From: Chloroflexota bacterium
GTDB taxonomy: Bacteria; Chloroflexota; Limnocylindria; Limnocylindrales; CSP1-4
Assembly (NCBI GenBank): GCA_046045415.1
Contig: JBJOLT010000018.1
Location: 15,986-79,985 of the forward strand
Direction: 5' to 3'
DNA length: 64,000 nucleotides
Positions 45,603 through 55,876 of the stretch are shown piece after piece. Below the pieces are notes generated by a model that was given only the letters and a program-made list of their open reading frames with translations, was not told the DNA's origin and did no database searches. A program made the position numbers and the translations under genes. The stretch's first letter is position 1; each line of letters begins with the position of its first letter.

Positions 45603-46631
45603 CTAGAGGTCGCTCGCGGCGGTCGCCCGCGCGAGCCGGTTCGTCACGAGGGTGATCGCGAGGAGGATGAAGAACATGACGACGGCGAACGCGGCGCCGA
45701 CGCCGTAGAGCCGCTGGTCGTTCACGAGCCGGTACGCCTGCGTCACGAGGAGCTCCGTCTGGCCGAACGGACCGCCCGCCGACATGAAGTAGGCGAGGTG
45801 GAAGAGGTTGAACGTGACGACGAAGCCGTAGATCGCGTACGGGATCATCGCCGGCTTGAGGTAGACGAGCGTCACGTTCCGGAACTTCTGCCACCAGCTC
45901 GCGCCGTCCATCTCGGCCGCCTCGTAGAGCTCCTGCGGGACCGACTGGAGCGCGCCGGTCGCGACGACGGCGTTCAGCGGCCACCCGAGCCACGTGTTCG
46001 TCAGGAGCATCGCGAAGAACGCGAGCGGGAGGATCTCGAGGAACGGGAACGGCGGCTCGACCTGCCGGAGCCAGTCGATCTGGAACATCTCCGGGGGGAG
46101 CCCGATCACCTTGCCCGCCCCGGCGAGCATCAGGTTGATCGCGCCGTCCTGGGGGTCGTACATGTTCTTCCAGACGGTCGCGACGATGATCGGCGGGATG
46201 ACGACCGGGATGATGAAGACCGCCCGGTAGAACCGCTTGAACCAGAAGCCCTTGACGTTCAGGAGCAGCGCGATCCCGACGCCGAGGACGACGTGGATGG
46301 CGACGTTCGTGAACGCCCAGATCAGGTTGTACGTGATGAGCCGGAGGAAGTAGTAGTTCGGGATCGCGAGCTCGCTCAGGAGGATCTGGACGTAGTTCTG
46401 GATCCCGACGAAGTTCGGCGGCGCCGAACCGGACCGGAGGTTCTGGATCCCGAAGTCCGTGAAGGACATCCAGACCTGGAAGGCGAGCGGGTAGAGCGTG
46501 ATGATCCCCATCACGAGGAAGGCGGGGAGGAGGTAGAGGTAGGCGATCCGCTTCCCGCGACCGCTCGGCCGGCGCGGGCGCCGGGTCGCGGTGGCGGTCG
46601 CGGCTCCCGCCGTCGTCGCGGCAGAGGTCAT
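45603..46631 (-). CDS. Carbohydrate ABC transporter permease (MalF-like)
   Basis: 6 TM, EAA loop (EAAEMDGASWWQKFRNVTLVYLKP). Confidence 0.9.
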   Translation of the reverse strand: MTSAATTAGAATATATRRPRRPSGRGKRIAYLYLLPAFLVMGIITLYPLAFQVWMSFTDFGIQNLRSGSAPPNFVGIQNYVQILLSELAIPNYYFLRLITYNLIWAFTNVAIHVVLGVGIALLLNVKGFWFKRFYRAVFIIPVVIPPIIVATVWKNMYDPQDGAINLMLAGAGKVIGLPPEMFQIDWLRQVEPPFPFLEILPLAFFAMLLTNTWLGWPLNAVVATGALQSVPQELYEAAEMDGASWWQKFRNVTLVYLKPAMIPYAIYGFVVTFNLFHLAYFMSAGGPFGQTELLVTQAYRLVNDQRLYGVGAAFAVVMFFILLAITLVTNRLARATAASDL

Positions 46632-46707
46632 CGTCCCTCCCTGGGGTGGTGGGCCGGCCGGGGCCCCGACGGAGCCCCGGCCGGCGAGCTGTCAGGACGA
46701 GGGGCGG

Positions 46708-47949
46708 CTACTTGCCGTTCGCCGCGTCCATGTCGGCGCACGCCTTCGCGACCGCCGTGGCCGGATCGGTCCCCTTGTCGAGGACCTCGCGCCACGCGTT
46801 CCCGAAGTTGCCCCAGTAGTTGTTCATCTCCGCACCCTGCGGGCGAGCCATCCCGAGCGCGAACGCGTCCGAGAACTGCTTCACGAGCGGGTCGATGATC
46901 GCGATGTTCTTGTTCGCCGGGACGTGGCCGGCGACGTCGACGTAGATCGTCTGCGCCGCCTGGTCGACCATCGCCTCGGCGACCGCGATCGCGAGGTCCT
47001 TGTTCGCGCTCGCCGCGTTGATGTAGTAGCCGTCGACGCCGACGAGCGGCGAGCCGTTCCCGCCCGGGCCGGCCGGGACCGGCGCGACCTGGACCGCGGC
47101 GCGAGCCGCCTTGTAGTCGCCGAGCGTCCAGTTCCCGTTGAAGATCGCGTCGATCTCGCCGTTCTTGAACGCATCGTTGACCTTGCCGTAGTCGAAGTCG
47201 ACGAGGGCGCCCGCCGCCTTCAGGTCGGCGACGAACTTCATCGCGTCCGCCACGCCGCTGTTCGCGGTCGCGGCGCACTTGCCGGTCTCGTCGAAGATCT
47301 TGCCGCCGAACGAGCCGTAGAAGCCCCAGCCGAAGTACTCGCCGGCGATGAGGCCGACCTTCGCGCCGCCCTTGACCGCGGCGAGGAGCTCATCGGTCGT
47401 GGCCGGCGGGGTCGGGATCTTCTCCGAGTCGTAGTACATCTCGACGGCCTTCAGGCTCTCCGGGACCATGTAGAGCTTCCCGTCGACCTTGCTGCCCGAG
47501 ACCGAGACGTCGGTCGAGTTCGCCAGGGTCGTGTCGATCTTGCCGTCGAGGACCTCGAGGAAGGCGCCGCGCGCCTGCGACCCGAGGCTGTCGTTCGGGG
47601 CGATGAAGAGGTCGGGGCCGCCGCCCGCGGCGGACTCCGTCTCGAACTTCTTGAAGATGTCGCCGAAGGGGACGTCGAGCGCCTCGATCTCGAGGCCCGG
47701 GTTCGCCGCCTTCACCTGCTCGAGGATCCGGCTGAACGCCTTGAACTCGGCGCCGCCGCCCGACGAGCCGTACGAGTGCCAGAGGACGAGCTTCCCGGTG
47801 AGGGTCGCCGGGGCCGCGTCGGTCGGGGCCGCGGTCGGCGCAGCCGACGGCGCCTCGGTCGGCGCGGGGGTCGCGGCGCCGCCGGTGCACGCGGCGACGA
47901 GGATCGCCGTCGCTCCGAGGAGCGCGAGCGAGCGGGAGATGGACTTCAT
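46708..47949 (-). CDS. Carbohydrate ABC transporter substrate-binding lipoprotein (maltose/maltodextrin-binding MalE-like)
   Basis: Lipobox LVAACTGG and type-2 periplasmic binding fold (LVLWHSY, GGPDLFIAPNDSLG). Confidence 0.88.
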   Translation of the reverse strand: MKSISRSLALLGATAILVAACTGGAATPAPTEAPSAAPTAAPTDAAPATLTGKLVLWHSYGSSGGGAEFKAFSRILEQVKAANPGLEIEALDVPFGDIFKKFETESAAGGGPDLFIAPNDSLGSQARGAFLEVLDGKIDTTLANSTDVSVSGSKVDGKLYMVPESLKAVEMYYDSEKIPTPPATTDELLAAVKGGAKVGLIAGEYFGWGFYGSFGGKIFDETGKCAATANSGVADAMKFVADLKAAGALVDFDYGKVNDAFKNGEIDAIFNGNWTLGDYKAARAAVQVAPVPAGPGGNGSPLVGVDGYYINAASANKDLAIAVAEAMVDQAAQTIYVDVAGHVPANKNIAIIDPLVKQFSDAFALGMARPQGAEMNNYWGNFGNAWREVLDKGTDPATAVAKACADMDAANGK

Positions 47950-48081
47950 CGCGAAACGGTCTCCTTCATCGATGGTTCCTGTCCCCGGCCGGCACTCGCC
48001 GGTCGGGAGCCGCCGGATCGGCGGCCGCGTCGTTCGCCAGGTCTGCGATCCCGGACGAAGCGTCGGGGCTCGCCTGCTCCG

Positions 48082-49167
48082 CTATCGGGCCGTCGTCACC
48101 TCCTGCCGGCGAGCCGGCACGGGGCCGCTCGAGCCGCGGATGACGAGCCGCGTCTCGAGCCGCAGATGCTCCGCTCGCGCGGGCTCCTGCCCGTCGACGA
48201 GGGAGAGCAGGATCCGGACCGCCTCCTCGCCCTTCCGGGCGATCGGCTGGTGGATCGTCGTGAGTGGCGGGTTCGCGTAGCGGCCGAGCTCGATCCCGTC
48301 GAAGCCGACGACGCTCAGGTCGCCCGGTACCGCGAGGCCGAGTCGCCCGGCCGCCCGGAGGACGCCGAGCGCCATCGCGTCGCTCATCGCGAGGACCGCG
48401 GTCGGCCGGAGCCCGTCCTCCCAGGCACGCTCGAAGGCCGCAAGGCCTCCCTCCGGATCGGCCGGGCCGAAGACGACCCGCGAGTCCGGGAGGTCGATCC
48501 CGGCCGCGGCGAGCGCCGCCCGGTAGCCCCGGAGCCGCGTCCCGAAGATCCCCTCGGAGCCCGGGATCCCCGCCGGGAGCGGCGGCTCGAACCCGACGAC
48601 GAGGAAGTCCCGGTGCCCGAGCCCGAGGAGGTGCTCCGCGGCGGCCCGGGCCGACCCCTCGTCGTCGATGTCGATGCTCGAGACGTCGGGGAGGGCGGCG
48701 GAGTCGACGAGGACGAGCGGCAGGCCGGCGCGGCGGATCTCCTCGACCTCCGGGTGGTCCGCGGCGAGCCCGATCGCGACGACCCCGTCGACGATCGCGC
48801 GGCCGACCGCGTTCGCGAGGGAGCCGTGGAGCGGCGAGATGAGGCTGACGCTCAGGCCGGACGCCTCGGCGGCCCGTCCGACGCCCACCGTGAACTCCGC
48901 GTAGAACGGGTTCGCGAAGACCGCGGCGAGCTGGCGCGGCGTGAGGATCCCGATCGACATCGTCCGCGCCTGCGTCATGAGCCGTGCGACCGGGTCCGGC
49001 CGGTACCCGAGGCTGTCGGCGACCTCGCGGATCCGGGTCGCGGTCTCGCTGTTCAGACGGTCCGGGCTGTTGAACGCGAACGAGACGGCGGTCTTCGACA
49101 CGCCCGCCTCGCGCGCGACGTCGGCGATCCGCGTCCGCCTCGTCCGGTTCCCGCTCGCCTTCGTCAC
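48082..49167 (-). CDS. LacI-family transcriptional regulator
   Basis: HTH TRIADVAREAGVSKTAVSFAFN plus a periplasmic-binding-fold effector domain. Confidence 0.9.
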   Translation of the reverse strand: MTKASGNRTRRTRIADVAREAGVSKTAVSFAFNSPDRLNSETATRIREVADSLGYRPDPVARLMTQARTMSIGILTPRQLAAVFANPFYAEFTVGVGRAAEASGLSVSLISPLHGSLANAVGRAIVDGVVAIGLAADHPEVEEIRRAGLPLVLVDSAALPDVSSIDIDDEGSARAAAEHLLGLGHRDFLVVGFEPPLPAGIPGSEGIFGTRLRGYRAALAAAGIDLPDSRVVFGPADPEGGLAAFERAWEDGLRPTAVLAMSDAMALGVLRAAGRLGLAVPGDLSVVGFDGIELGRYANPPLTTIHQPIARKGEEAVRILLSLVDGQEPARAEHLRLETRLVIRGSSGPVPARRQEVTTAR

Positions 49168-49231
49168 CCGGGCGACCCCTCCTGCCGTCGGCCTGCGCGC
49201 CGTGACGGAGGCGCAGCATCGGCTTCGGCAT

Positions 49232-49260
49232 AAACCGGTTTTATCAACCGTTTTAGCACG
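49232..49260. promoter_or_regulatory. Candidate LacI-family operator: perfect 10-bp palindrome AAACCGGTTT plus adjacent AACCGTTTT half-site in an AT-rich divergent promoter region
   Basis: Local GC drop (cataaaccggttttatcaaccgttttagcac) between lacI (minus) and the downstream plus-strand genes. CG-centred palindromes are typical LacI/GalR-family operators. Confidence 0.4.
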
Positions 49261-49348
49261 GTAGGGCGCGCGCCGGGGCGTGTCAAGCCCCGGGCGCGGG
49301 CGCGCTCGGGGCGGTCCCGGGCGGCGAGGCCCGTGGGAGAATGCGGGG

Positions 49349-49729
49349 GTGAGCGCGCCGGTCGAGCCCGCCCCTGCGATGCCCTTCGGGATCCGCTTCT
49401 TCCTCGGCTACGCGTTCCTCATCCTCGCGGCGATCGGCCTCTCGCTCCGCTGGGTCGTCGACCTTGCGATCGAGAGCCCGGTCTCGCCGATCGGGATCGT
49501 CTGGATGGGGCTCCTCGCGTACGTGATCTTCACGATCACGCTCGTCCTCCAGCGGAAGGAGGCGGGGCGGAACCTCGCGCTCGGCCTCTCCACGCTCACG
49601 ATCCCGGCGGTCCCGCTGCTCCTCCTCGCGGGCGTCCTGCCCGCCGCCGCCGGGGTCGCGGTCGTCGGCGCCGCCCTCTTCCGCGGCCTCACCCGTCCCG
49701 CCGTCCGCACCTGGCTCGCCGAGCAGTGA
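49349..49729 (+). CDS. Small membrane protein (3-4 TM), unknown function
   Basis: GTG at 49349 with GGGAGA 8 nt upstream. Hydrophobic helices (FFLGYAFLILAAIGL; GIVWMGLLAYVIFTITLVL; LLLLAGVLPAAAGVAVV). Confidence 0.5.
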   Translation: MSAPVEPAPAMPFGIRFFLGYAFLILAAIGLSLRWVVDLAIESPVSPIGIVWMGLLAYVIFTITLVLQRKEAGRNLALGLSTLTIPAVPLLLLAGVLPAAAGVAVVGAALFRGLTRPAVRTWLAEQ

Positions 49730-49739
49730 GGGAAGGTCG

Positions 49740-50747
49740 ATGCGCCTGATCGGTCATCGCGACGATCGCGGCCGCCCCGTCGTCGGGGTCCTCCGCGACG
49801 AGCGGGTCCTGACGCTCGATGCGCTCGTCGACGCCGGCCTCCTCCCGCCCGAGCGCCGCGGGCGCGACCTCGGGGGGCTCCTCGCCGACGACCCCGGGCT
49901 CGCCGGCCTCGCGGCCGCCGTCGCCGCCTCCGGGACCGGCGGCCGTCCGCTCCCGTCGCTCCCGCTCGCGACCCTCCGGCCGGCCCCCGCGGTCGCCCGG
50001 CCGGGGAAGATCGTCTGCATCGGGCTGAACTACCGGGAGCACATCGCCGAGCAGAAGGCGGAGATCCCGGACCGGCCGCTCCTCTTCGCGAAGTTCGCGA
50101 ACACCGTCGCCGCCGACGGGGAGCCGGTCGTCCGGCCGTCGGGGACGACGAAGCTCGACCTCGAGGCGGAGCTCGGCGTCGTGATCGGCCGGACCGCCCG
50201 CCGCGTCCGGGCCGCCGACGGCTGGGATCACGTCGCCGGCTTCGTCGCCGTGAACGACGTCTCCGCGCGCGACTGGCAGGGGAACAAGGTCGCGCTCGAG
50301 CCCGGCGAGCGGGGTGACGGCCAGTGGCTCCGGGCGAAGGGCTCGGACACGTTCCTCCCGATGAGCGCCACCTTCGTCACCCTCGACGAGATCGGCCGCG
50401 ACCGCTCGCTCGCCGTCCGCTCCTGGCTCACCCGCGCGATCGGGCCGGACGCGGGCCGCCCGATCCCGATGCAGGACGGCCGGACCGCCGACCTCCTCTT
50501 CGACGTCCCGGCGCTCATCCAGTACGTCAGCGCGGTGATCACGCTCGAGCCGGGCGACCTCATCTCGACCGGGACGCCGTCCGGCGTCGGGGTCTTCCGC
50601 GACCCGCCGGTCTACCTCATGCCCGGCGACGTCGCGAAGGTCGAGGTCGAGGGGGTCGGCGCGGTGGAGAGCCCGATCGTCGACGCGGACGGGGCGGCGC
50701 CTCCCGGGACTCCCGCGGCCCGCCTCATCGCGGCCCGGCGCGGCTGA
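49740..50747 (+). CDS. Fumarylacetoacetate hydrolase (FAH) family protein
   Basis: FAH-fold motifs ([40 protein letters not shown]). Confidence 0.85.
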   Translation: MRLIGHRDDRGRPVVGVLRDERVLTLDALVDAGLLPPERRGRDLGGLLADDPGLAGLAAAVAASGTGGRPLPSLPLATLRPAPAVARPGKIVCIGLNYREHIAEQKAEIPDRPLLFAKFANTVAADGEPVVRPSGTTKLDLEAELGVVIGRTARRVRAADGWDHVAGFVAVNDVSARDWQGNKVALEPGERGDGQWLRAKGSDTFLPMSATFVTLDEIGRDRSLAVRSWLTRAIGPDAGRPIPMQDGRTADLLFDVPALIQYVSAVITLEPGDLISTGTPSGVGVFRDPPVYLMPGDVAKVEVEGVGAVESPIVDADGAAPPGTPAARLIAARRG

Positions 50748-50758
50748 GGGTCCGTCCG

Positions 50759-51787
50759 ATGCTCGCGCTCGTGAAGCAGGCAGCCGGACCCGGGCTCTCG
50801 CTCGAGACCGTCCCGGATCCGGCGATCGGGATCAACGACGTGCTGATCCGGGTCATGAAGACCGGGATCTGCGGGACCGACCTCCACATCGCGTCGTGGG
50901 ACGCGTGGGCGGCTCGGACGATCGTCCCGCCGCTCATCGTCGGCCACGAGTTCGTCGGCCAGGTCGTGGAGGTGGGTGCGAACGTCGCCGGCTTCGCGCC
51001 CGGCGACCTCGTGAGCGGCGAGGGTCACGTCGTCTGCGGCCGGTGCCGCCACTGCCTCGCCGGGCGCCGGGAGCTCTGCGCGAACACCGTCGGGCTCGGC
51101 GTGAACCGGGACGGCGCCTTCGCCGAGTACGTCGCGCTCCCGATGACGAACGTCTGGCACCACGGTGCCGGGATCGACGCCGAGATCGGGGCGATCTTCG
51201 ACCCGTTCGGCAACGCGGTCCACACGGCGCTCGCCTTCCCGGTCCTCGGCGAGGACGTCCTCGTCAGCGGGGCCGGACCGATCGGCCTGATGGCGGTGGC
51301 GGTCGTCCGCCATGCCGGGGCGCGCCACGTCGTCGTCACCGAGCCGAACCGCTTCCGGCGCGACCTCGCGACCCGGATGGGCGCGACGCTCGTCGTCGAT
51401 CCGACGGAACGCGACCTCGCCGACGTGCAGCGCGAGCTCGGGATGGTGGAGGGGTTCGACATCTGCCTCGAGATGTCGGGGAGCGCCGTCGCGCTCCGGT
51501 CGGCGATCTCGTCGATGGCGCACGGCGGCCGGATCGCCCAGCTCGGGATCCCGACCGGCGAGGTCTCGCTCGACCTGAACGAGGTGATCTTCAAGATGCT
51601 GACGATCCGGGGGATCTACGGCCGGGAGATGTTCGAGACCTGGTACAAGATGACGGTCCTCGTGCAGTCGGGGCTCGACATCCGGCCGGCGATCACCCAC
51701 CGCTACTCGTTCCGCGACCACGAGGCCGCCTTCGCCGCCGCCCGGACGGGCGAGTCGGGGAAGGTGATCATGGACTGGACGGCATGA
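50759..51787 (+). CDS. tdh: L-threonine 3-dehydrogenase
   Basis: Zn-ADH family: [21 protein letters not shown] structural-zinc Cys cluster, and GAGPIGL NAD site. ATG at 50759. Confidence 0.9.
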   Translation: MLALVKQAAGPGLSLETVPDPAIGINDVLIRVMKTGICGTDLHIASWDAWAARTIVPPLIVGHEFVGQVVEVGANVAGFAPGDLVSGEGHVVCGRCRHCLAGRRELCANTVGLGVNRDGAFAEYVALPMTNVWHHGAGIDAEIGAIFDPFGNAVHTALAFPVLGEDVLVSGAGPIGLMAVAVVRHAGARHVVVTEPNRFRRDLATRMGATLVVDPTERDLADVQRELGMVEGFDICLEMSGSAVALRSAISSMAHGGRIAQLGIPTGEVSLDLNEVIFKMLTIRGIYGREMFETWYKMTVLVQSGLDIRPAITHRYSFRDHEAAFAAARTGESGKVIMDWTA

Positions 51788-51791
51788 CGCG

Positions 51792-53024
51792 ATGACGACG
51801 ACCCGACGGGCGACCGGCGACCCGCTCGCCTTCCTCGCCGACGAACTCGAGGAACTGAAGCGACGGCACCTCTACCGGCCGCTCCGCATCCTCTCGACGA
51901 TGCAGGGGCCGGAGTGCACGGTCGACGGCCGGACGGTCATCAGCCTCGCCTCTAACGACTACCTCGGGCTGACGCACCACCCGCGGATGGTGCGGGCCGC
52001 CGCGGAGGCCGCGACCCGCTTCGGTGCCGGGAGCGGCGCGGTCCGGACGATCGCCGGGACGATGTCGCTCCACGAGGAGCTCGAGGCGGCGCTCGCGCGG
52101 TTCAAGGAGACCGAGGCGGTCCTCACGTTCCAGTCCGGGTTCACCGCGAACACGGGCGTCATCCCGGTCGTGACGGGCGAGGCGGACCTCATCGTCTCCG
52201 ACGCGCTGAACCACGCCTCGATCATCGACGGGATGCGCCTCTCGAAGGCGCCGCGCCTCGTCTACCCGCACGCGGACGTCGAGGCGCTCCGCGGGATCCT
52301 CCGCACGGCGGCGGCCGAGGGTCGGCCGGACGGCGCCGGACCCTACCGGCTCATCCTCGTCGTCACGGACGGCGTCTTCTCGATGGACGGCGACATCGCG
52401 CCGCTCCCCGGGATCGTCGAGGCGGCCGAGGAGGTCGGCGCGGCCGTCATGGTCGACGACGCCCACGCCTCGGGCGTCCTCGGGCGGCACGGACGCGGGA
52501 CCGTGGACCACTTCGGGCTGAAGGGCCGCGTCGCGATCCAGATCGGGACGCTCTCGAAGGCCGTCGGCGTCCTCGGCGGCTACGTCGCGGGATCGCAGGT
52601 CCTCCGCGAGCTGCTCACCCAGCGGGCGCGCCCCTTCCTCTTCTCGTCGTCGCACCCGCCGGCCGTCGCGGCCGCATGCCTCGAGGCGATCAGGATCTTC
52701 GAGGACGAGCCGGCGCTCCACGAGCGGCTCTGGGCGAACACCCGTCGCTTCAAGGCCGAGCTCACCCGGCTCGGGTTCGACACCGGCGCCTCGGAGACCC
52801 CGATCACGCCGGTGATCGTCGGCGATCCCACGACGGCGATCCGCTTCAGCGACCGGCTCTTCGAGGCGGGCGTCTTCGCGACCTCGGTCGTCTTCCCGAC
52901 CGTCGCCCTCGACCGCGCCCGCCTCCGGACGATCGTGACCGCCGGCCACACCGACGCCCAGCTCGACCGGGCGCTCGAGGCGTTCGCGACGGTCGGACGC
53001 GAGCTCGGCGTCCTCGGCGGGTGA
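51792..53024 (+). CDS. kbl: Glycine C-acetyltransferase (2-amino-3-ketobutyrate CoA ligase)
   Basis: Class-II aminotransferase/AOS family. PLP-lysine region GTLSKAVG and DDAHASGVLG. Confidence 0.9.
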   Translation: MTTTRRATGDPLAFLADELEELKRRHLYRPLRILSTMQGPECTVDGRTVISLASNDYLGLTHHPRMVRAAAEAATRFGAGSGAVRTIAGTMSLHEELEAALARFKETEAVLTFQSGFTANTGVIPVVTGEADLIVSDALNHASIIDGMRLSKAPRLVYPHADVEALRGILRTAAAEGRPDGAGPYRLILVVTDGVFSMDGDIAPLPGIVEAAEEVGAAVMVDDAHASGVLGRHGRGTVDHFGLKGRVAIQIGTLSKAVGVLGGYVAGSQVLRELLTQRARPFLFSSSHPPAVAAACLEAIRIFEDEPALHERLWANTRRFKAELTRLGFDTGASETPITPVIVGDPTTAIRFSDRLFEAGVFATSVVFPTVALDRARLRTIVTAGHTDAQLDRALEAFATVGRELGVLGG

Positions 53025-53926
53025 CCGAGCCGGACCCGACGGGCGGGAGCGCGCCGCCCGTCGTCGGGCAGGCCCGGGACCTCCCGCTCGACGCCCATCT
53101 CCACACCGACCGCTCGAGCGACAGCCGCGTCCCGATCGACGTCTACGCCGCCGCCGCGGTCGCCCGCGGGATCCGCGAGATCGCGATCACCGACCACATC
53201 GACTTCTCGCCGGGGCTCCCGAACCTCGCGCCCGACGTCGGCGCCCGCGAACGGGAGGTCCGGGAGGCGGCGGAGCGCTGGGGGCCGCTCGGCGTCGAGA
53301 TCCGGTTCGGCGTCGAGGTCTCGTTCGAAGCGCACCGGGAGGCGGAGATCCGCGAGCACCTCGCGCGGACCCCGTACGACTACGCGATCGGGTCGGTCCA
53401 CGTCGGGCCCGACTCGCCGTACCACGCCTCGCGCGTCGAGCGCTGGGTCGACGGCAGGCGGATCGACGAGATCGTCGCGCCGTACTTCGCCGAGGTCGAG
53501 CGGGCGATCCGGAGCGGCTGCTTCGACACCGTCGGCCACCTCGACTTCGTCAAGCGCTACCTCGTCCCGCTCGTGCCGACCGCGGCGCTCGCCGCCGCCC
53601 CGGAGCTCTACGAGCCGATGCTCCGCGCGCTCGTCGAGACCGGCACGGCGCTCGAGGTCAACGTCAGCGGCCTCCGTCAGCGCGCCGCGGAGACGTATCC
53701 CTCGCCGGCGATCGTCGCCCGCTTCAGGGAGCTCGGCGGCACCAGGATCGTCACCGGGTCGGACGCGCACCTCGCCGACTCGTTCGCCTGGGGGCTCGAG
53801 GAGGGGTATCGGGCGGTCGCGGAGGCCGGCTTCGAGGAGCTGGCATTCCGGCGGCGGCCCGGCGGCGATCGGGTCGCGGTCGCGCTCCCGCCGCGCTACG
53901 GCGGCCCCGCGGCGCGATGGAGCTGA
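53021..53926 (+). CDS. PHP-domain (histidinol-phosphatase-like) metal-dependent phosphoesterase
   Basis: DAHLHTDRS...ITDHIDFSP...GSVH...GSDAH PHP histidine/aspartate ladder. GTG at 53021 overlaps the kbl stop (GTGA). Confidence 0.75.
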   Translation: MTEPDPTGGSAPPVVGQARDLPLDAHLHTDRSSDSRVPIDVYAAAAVARGIREIAITDHIDFSPGLPNLAPDVGAREREVREAAERWGPLGVEIRFGVEVSFEAHREAEIREHLARTPYDYAIGSVHVGPDSPYHASRVERWVDGRRIDEIVAPYFAEVERAIRSGCFDTVGHLDFVKRYLVPLVPTAALAAAPELYEPMLRALVETGTALEVNVSGLRQRAAETYPSPAIVARFRELGGTRIVTGSDAHLADSFAWGLEEGYRAVAEAGFEELAFRRRPGGDRVAVALPPRYGGPAARWS

Positions 53927-54666
53927 CCGTCGTCGGTGCGGGCCCCGCCTGGTCCGATCGACCGGGCGCCGTCGGCGCGTGCTACCTCGTCCGGACCGGG
54001 GGCACCTCGATCGTCCTCGACCTCGGCCACGGCGCGTACGCCGGTCTCGCGGGTCTCGTCGAGCCGAGCGCGATCGACGCGGTCGTCGTCAGCCACCTCC
54101 ATCCCGACCACTTCGTCGACCTCGTGCCGCTCCGGCACTACCTGCGCTTCGGCTGCACGCCACCGCGCCGCGGCCGGGTCCTCGGTCCGGCCGGCCTCGC
54201 GACCCGGCTCGACGCGCTCCATGGCGAACCGGGGTTCGCGGCGGCCTCGCTCGACATCGAGCCGCTCGCCGTCGGCGTCGCGACGGTGGGCGAGCTCTCG
54301 CTCGAGTCGCGGCTCGTGACGCACACCGCCGAGAGCTACGGGTTCCGGGTCGCCCCGGCCGGGAGGCCGGCCCCGGGGCTCGTCTACTCCGGTGACTGCG
54401 GCAGGGACGAGGATCTCGACCCGCTCGTCCGTCCGGGCGACGCCGTCCTCGTCGAGGCGTCGTTCGGACCGGGGCCGGTCGATCCCGGCGCCCTCCATCT
54501 CGACGGCGGGAGCGCCGGCCGCCTCGCGGCCCGGACCGGTGCCCGCGAGCTCCTCCTCACCCACCTGCTCGACTGGCGTGCGGCCGATGCGACGATCGCC
54601 GCGGCCCGGCGCGGCTTCGACGGCCCGATCCGGCTCGTCTCGCCCGGGGATCGCGTCGCGATCTGA
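53917..54666 (+). CDS. MBL-fold metallo-hydrolase
   Basis: HxHxDH motif (SHLHPDHF) and later His/Asp ligands. Overlaps the PHP gene by 10 nt. Confidence 0.75.
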   Translation: MELTVVGAGPAWSDRPGAVGACYLVRTGGTSIVLDLGHGAYAGLAGLVEPSAIDAVVVSHLHPDHFVDLVPLRHYLRFGCTPPRRGRVLGPAGLATRLDALHGEPGFAAASLDIEPLAVGVATVGELSLESRLVTHTAESYGFRVAPAGRPAPGLVYSGDCGRDEDLDPLVRPGDAVLVEASFGPGPVDPGALHLDGGSAGRLAARTGARELLLTHLLDWRAADATIAAARRGFDGPIRLVSPGDRVAI

Positions 54667-54798
54667 CCGGCCGGGCACCCGGCTGGTTCGAGGCCGCGGC
54701 GCGCCGGAATCAGAAAGCGCACCCCGAGGGGTGCGCTTCCCGTTCGATCCCGCTGACCCGGTCCGGCGGCGTGCCCCGCCGTGGCCGGGTCCGGTCGA

Positions 54799-55587
54799 CT
54801 AGCGTCGGATCCGCTTCGTCGCCGGGGTGAGGAGGCCGAGCGTCCCGGCGATCGCCGCCAGGATGAGGAGGACGAGCCCGAAGGTGGGGGCACTCGAACC
54901 GGCCTGGCCGAGCGCGTCCGTCGGCGGGGTCGTCGCCGCGGGCCGCGACGTCACGCCGGCCACCGAGGCATCCGGGGACGGCGGGGTGGTCGGGGGCGTC
55001 GTCGGCGGGGTGGTCGGGGGCGTCGTCGGCGGGGTGGTCGTCGCCGTGTGGCGCCCGACGTTGAAGCACGCCCGGTTCTTCGGGGCGCCCGAGCCGGACG
55101 CCGCCGAGATCATCGCGGTGACGCAGACCTCGCTCCCGATCGGGAAGCCGGCGAGGGCCGTCTGGCCGAAGAAGACGCCCGTCGTGGTGTCGAGGTCGTT
55201 CCCCTTCTTGTCGCCGATCGGCTCCTGGTCGACGAGGACGCACCAGATGTCCGACCCGCTGAACTCGCCGGAGGTGACGACGAACTCGATCGCCGTCGGC
55301 GCGAGGTTGGCGTCGGCCGGGCCCGAGGCGACCGTGTAGAACTTGCCGGTCGTCGGGTTGTAGTAGATCCCGCTCCCGTCGGCGGCGATCGAGAGGTTCG
55401 TGAAGTTGATCTGGATCCGGTCCGCGGTGGGCGGGTTGTACGTCGCGTTGCAGGATGCGAGCGCGAAGACGCGCTCCGGCCTGACCGCGGAGGTCGTGAC
55501 GGTCGCGAAGGACGCGAGGAGCGCCGCCACCGCGACCAGGATGAGCGTCCGCCTCGCTCCGAGCGAGAGGGTCGTCACGCGTGACAT
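54799..55587 (-). CDS. Secreted, C-terminally membrane-anchored protein with TTPP-repeat linker
   Basis: ATG at 55587 with GGAGG 8 nt upstream. Signal peptide, a Cys-containing beta-rich domain, (TTPP)x5, a hydrophobic helix and a KRIRR tail. Confidence 0.6.
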   Translation of the reverse strand: MSRVTTLSLGARRTLILVAVAALLASFATVTTSAVRPERVFALASCNATYNPPTADRIQINFTNLSIAADGSGIYYNPTTGKFYTVASGPADANLAPTAIEFVVTSGEFSGSDIWCVLVDQEPIGDKKGNDLDTTTGVFFGQTALAGFPIGSEVCVTAMISAASGSGAPKNRACFNVGRHTATTTPPTTPPTTPPTTPPTTPPSPDASVAGVTSRPAATTPPTDALGQAGSSAPTFGLVLLILAAIAGTLGLLTPATKRIRR

Positions 55588-55876
55588 CCGATTTGCCTCC
55601 AGATCCCGGCGGCCGACCGGTGGTCCCGACCCCCGATAGAGGGGTCCCCGAACCACCTGGGCACGTATGGTCGCACCCCGAGTGGTGGCATCGTACAAGG
55701 TGGTCTGCCGTTTCGCCAACCCCCAAGGTTTCAGTTGGCCGGGTCCCGTGAACCTGTCCGATGCGCCGCGGCACCGGGATCTGCGCAGGCGAGCCGCGAT
55801 GGGTGCCGGTGGGTGGCCGGGCAGGGCGGCCGGAGACGCCCGGCGGCCGCGGCTCGCGCGACCCCCGGGAGCTGGT

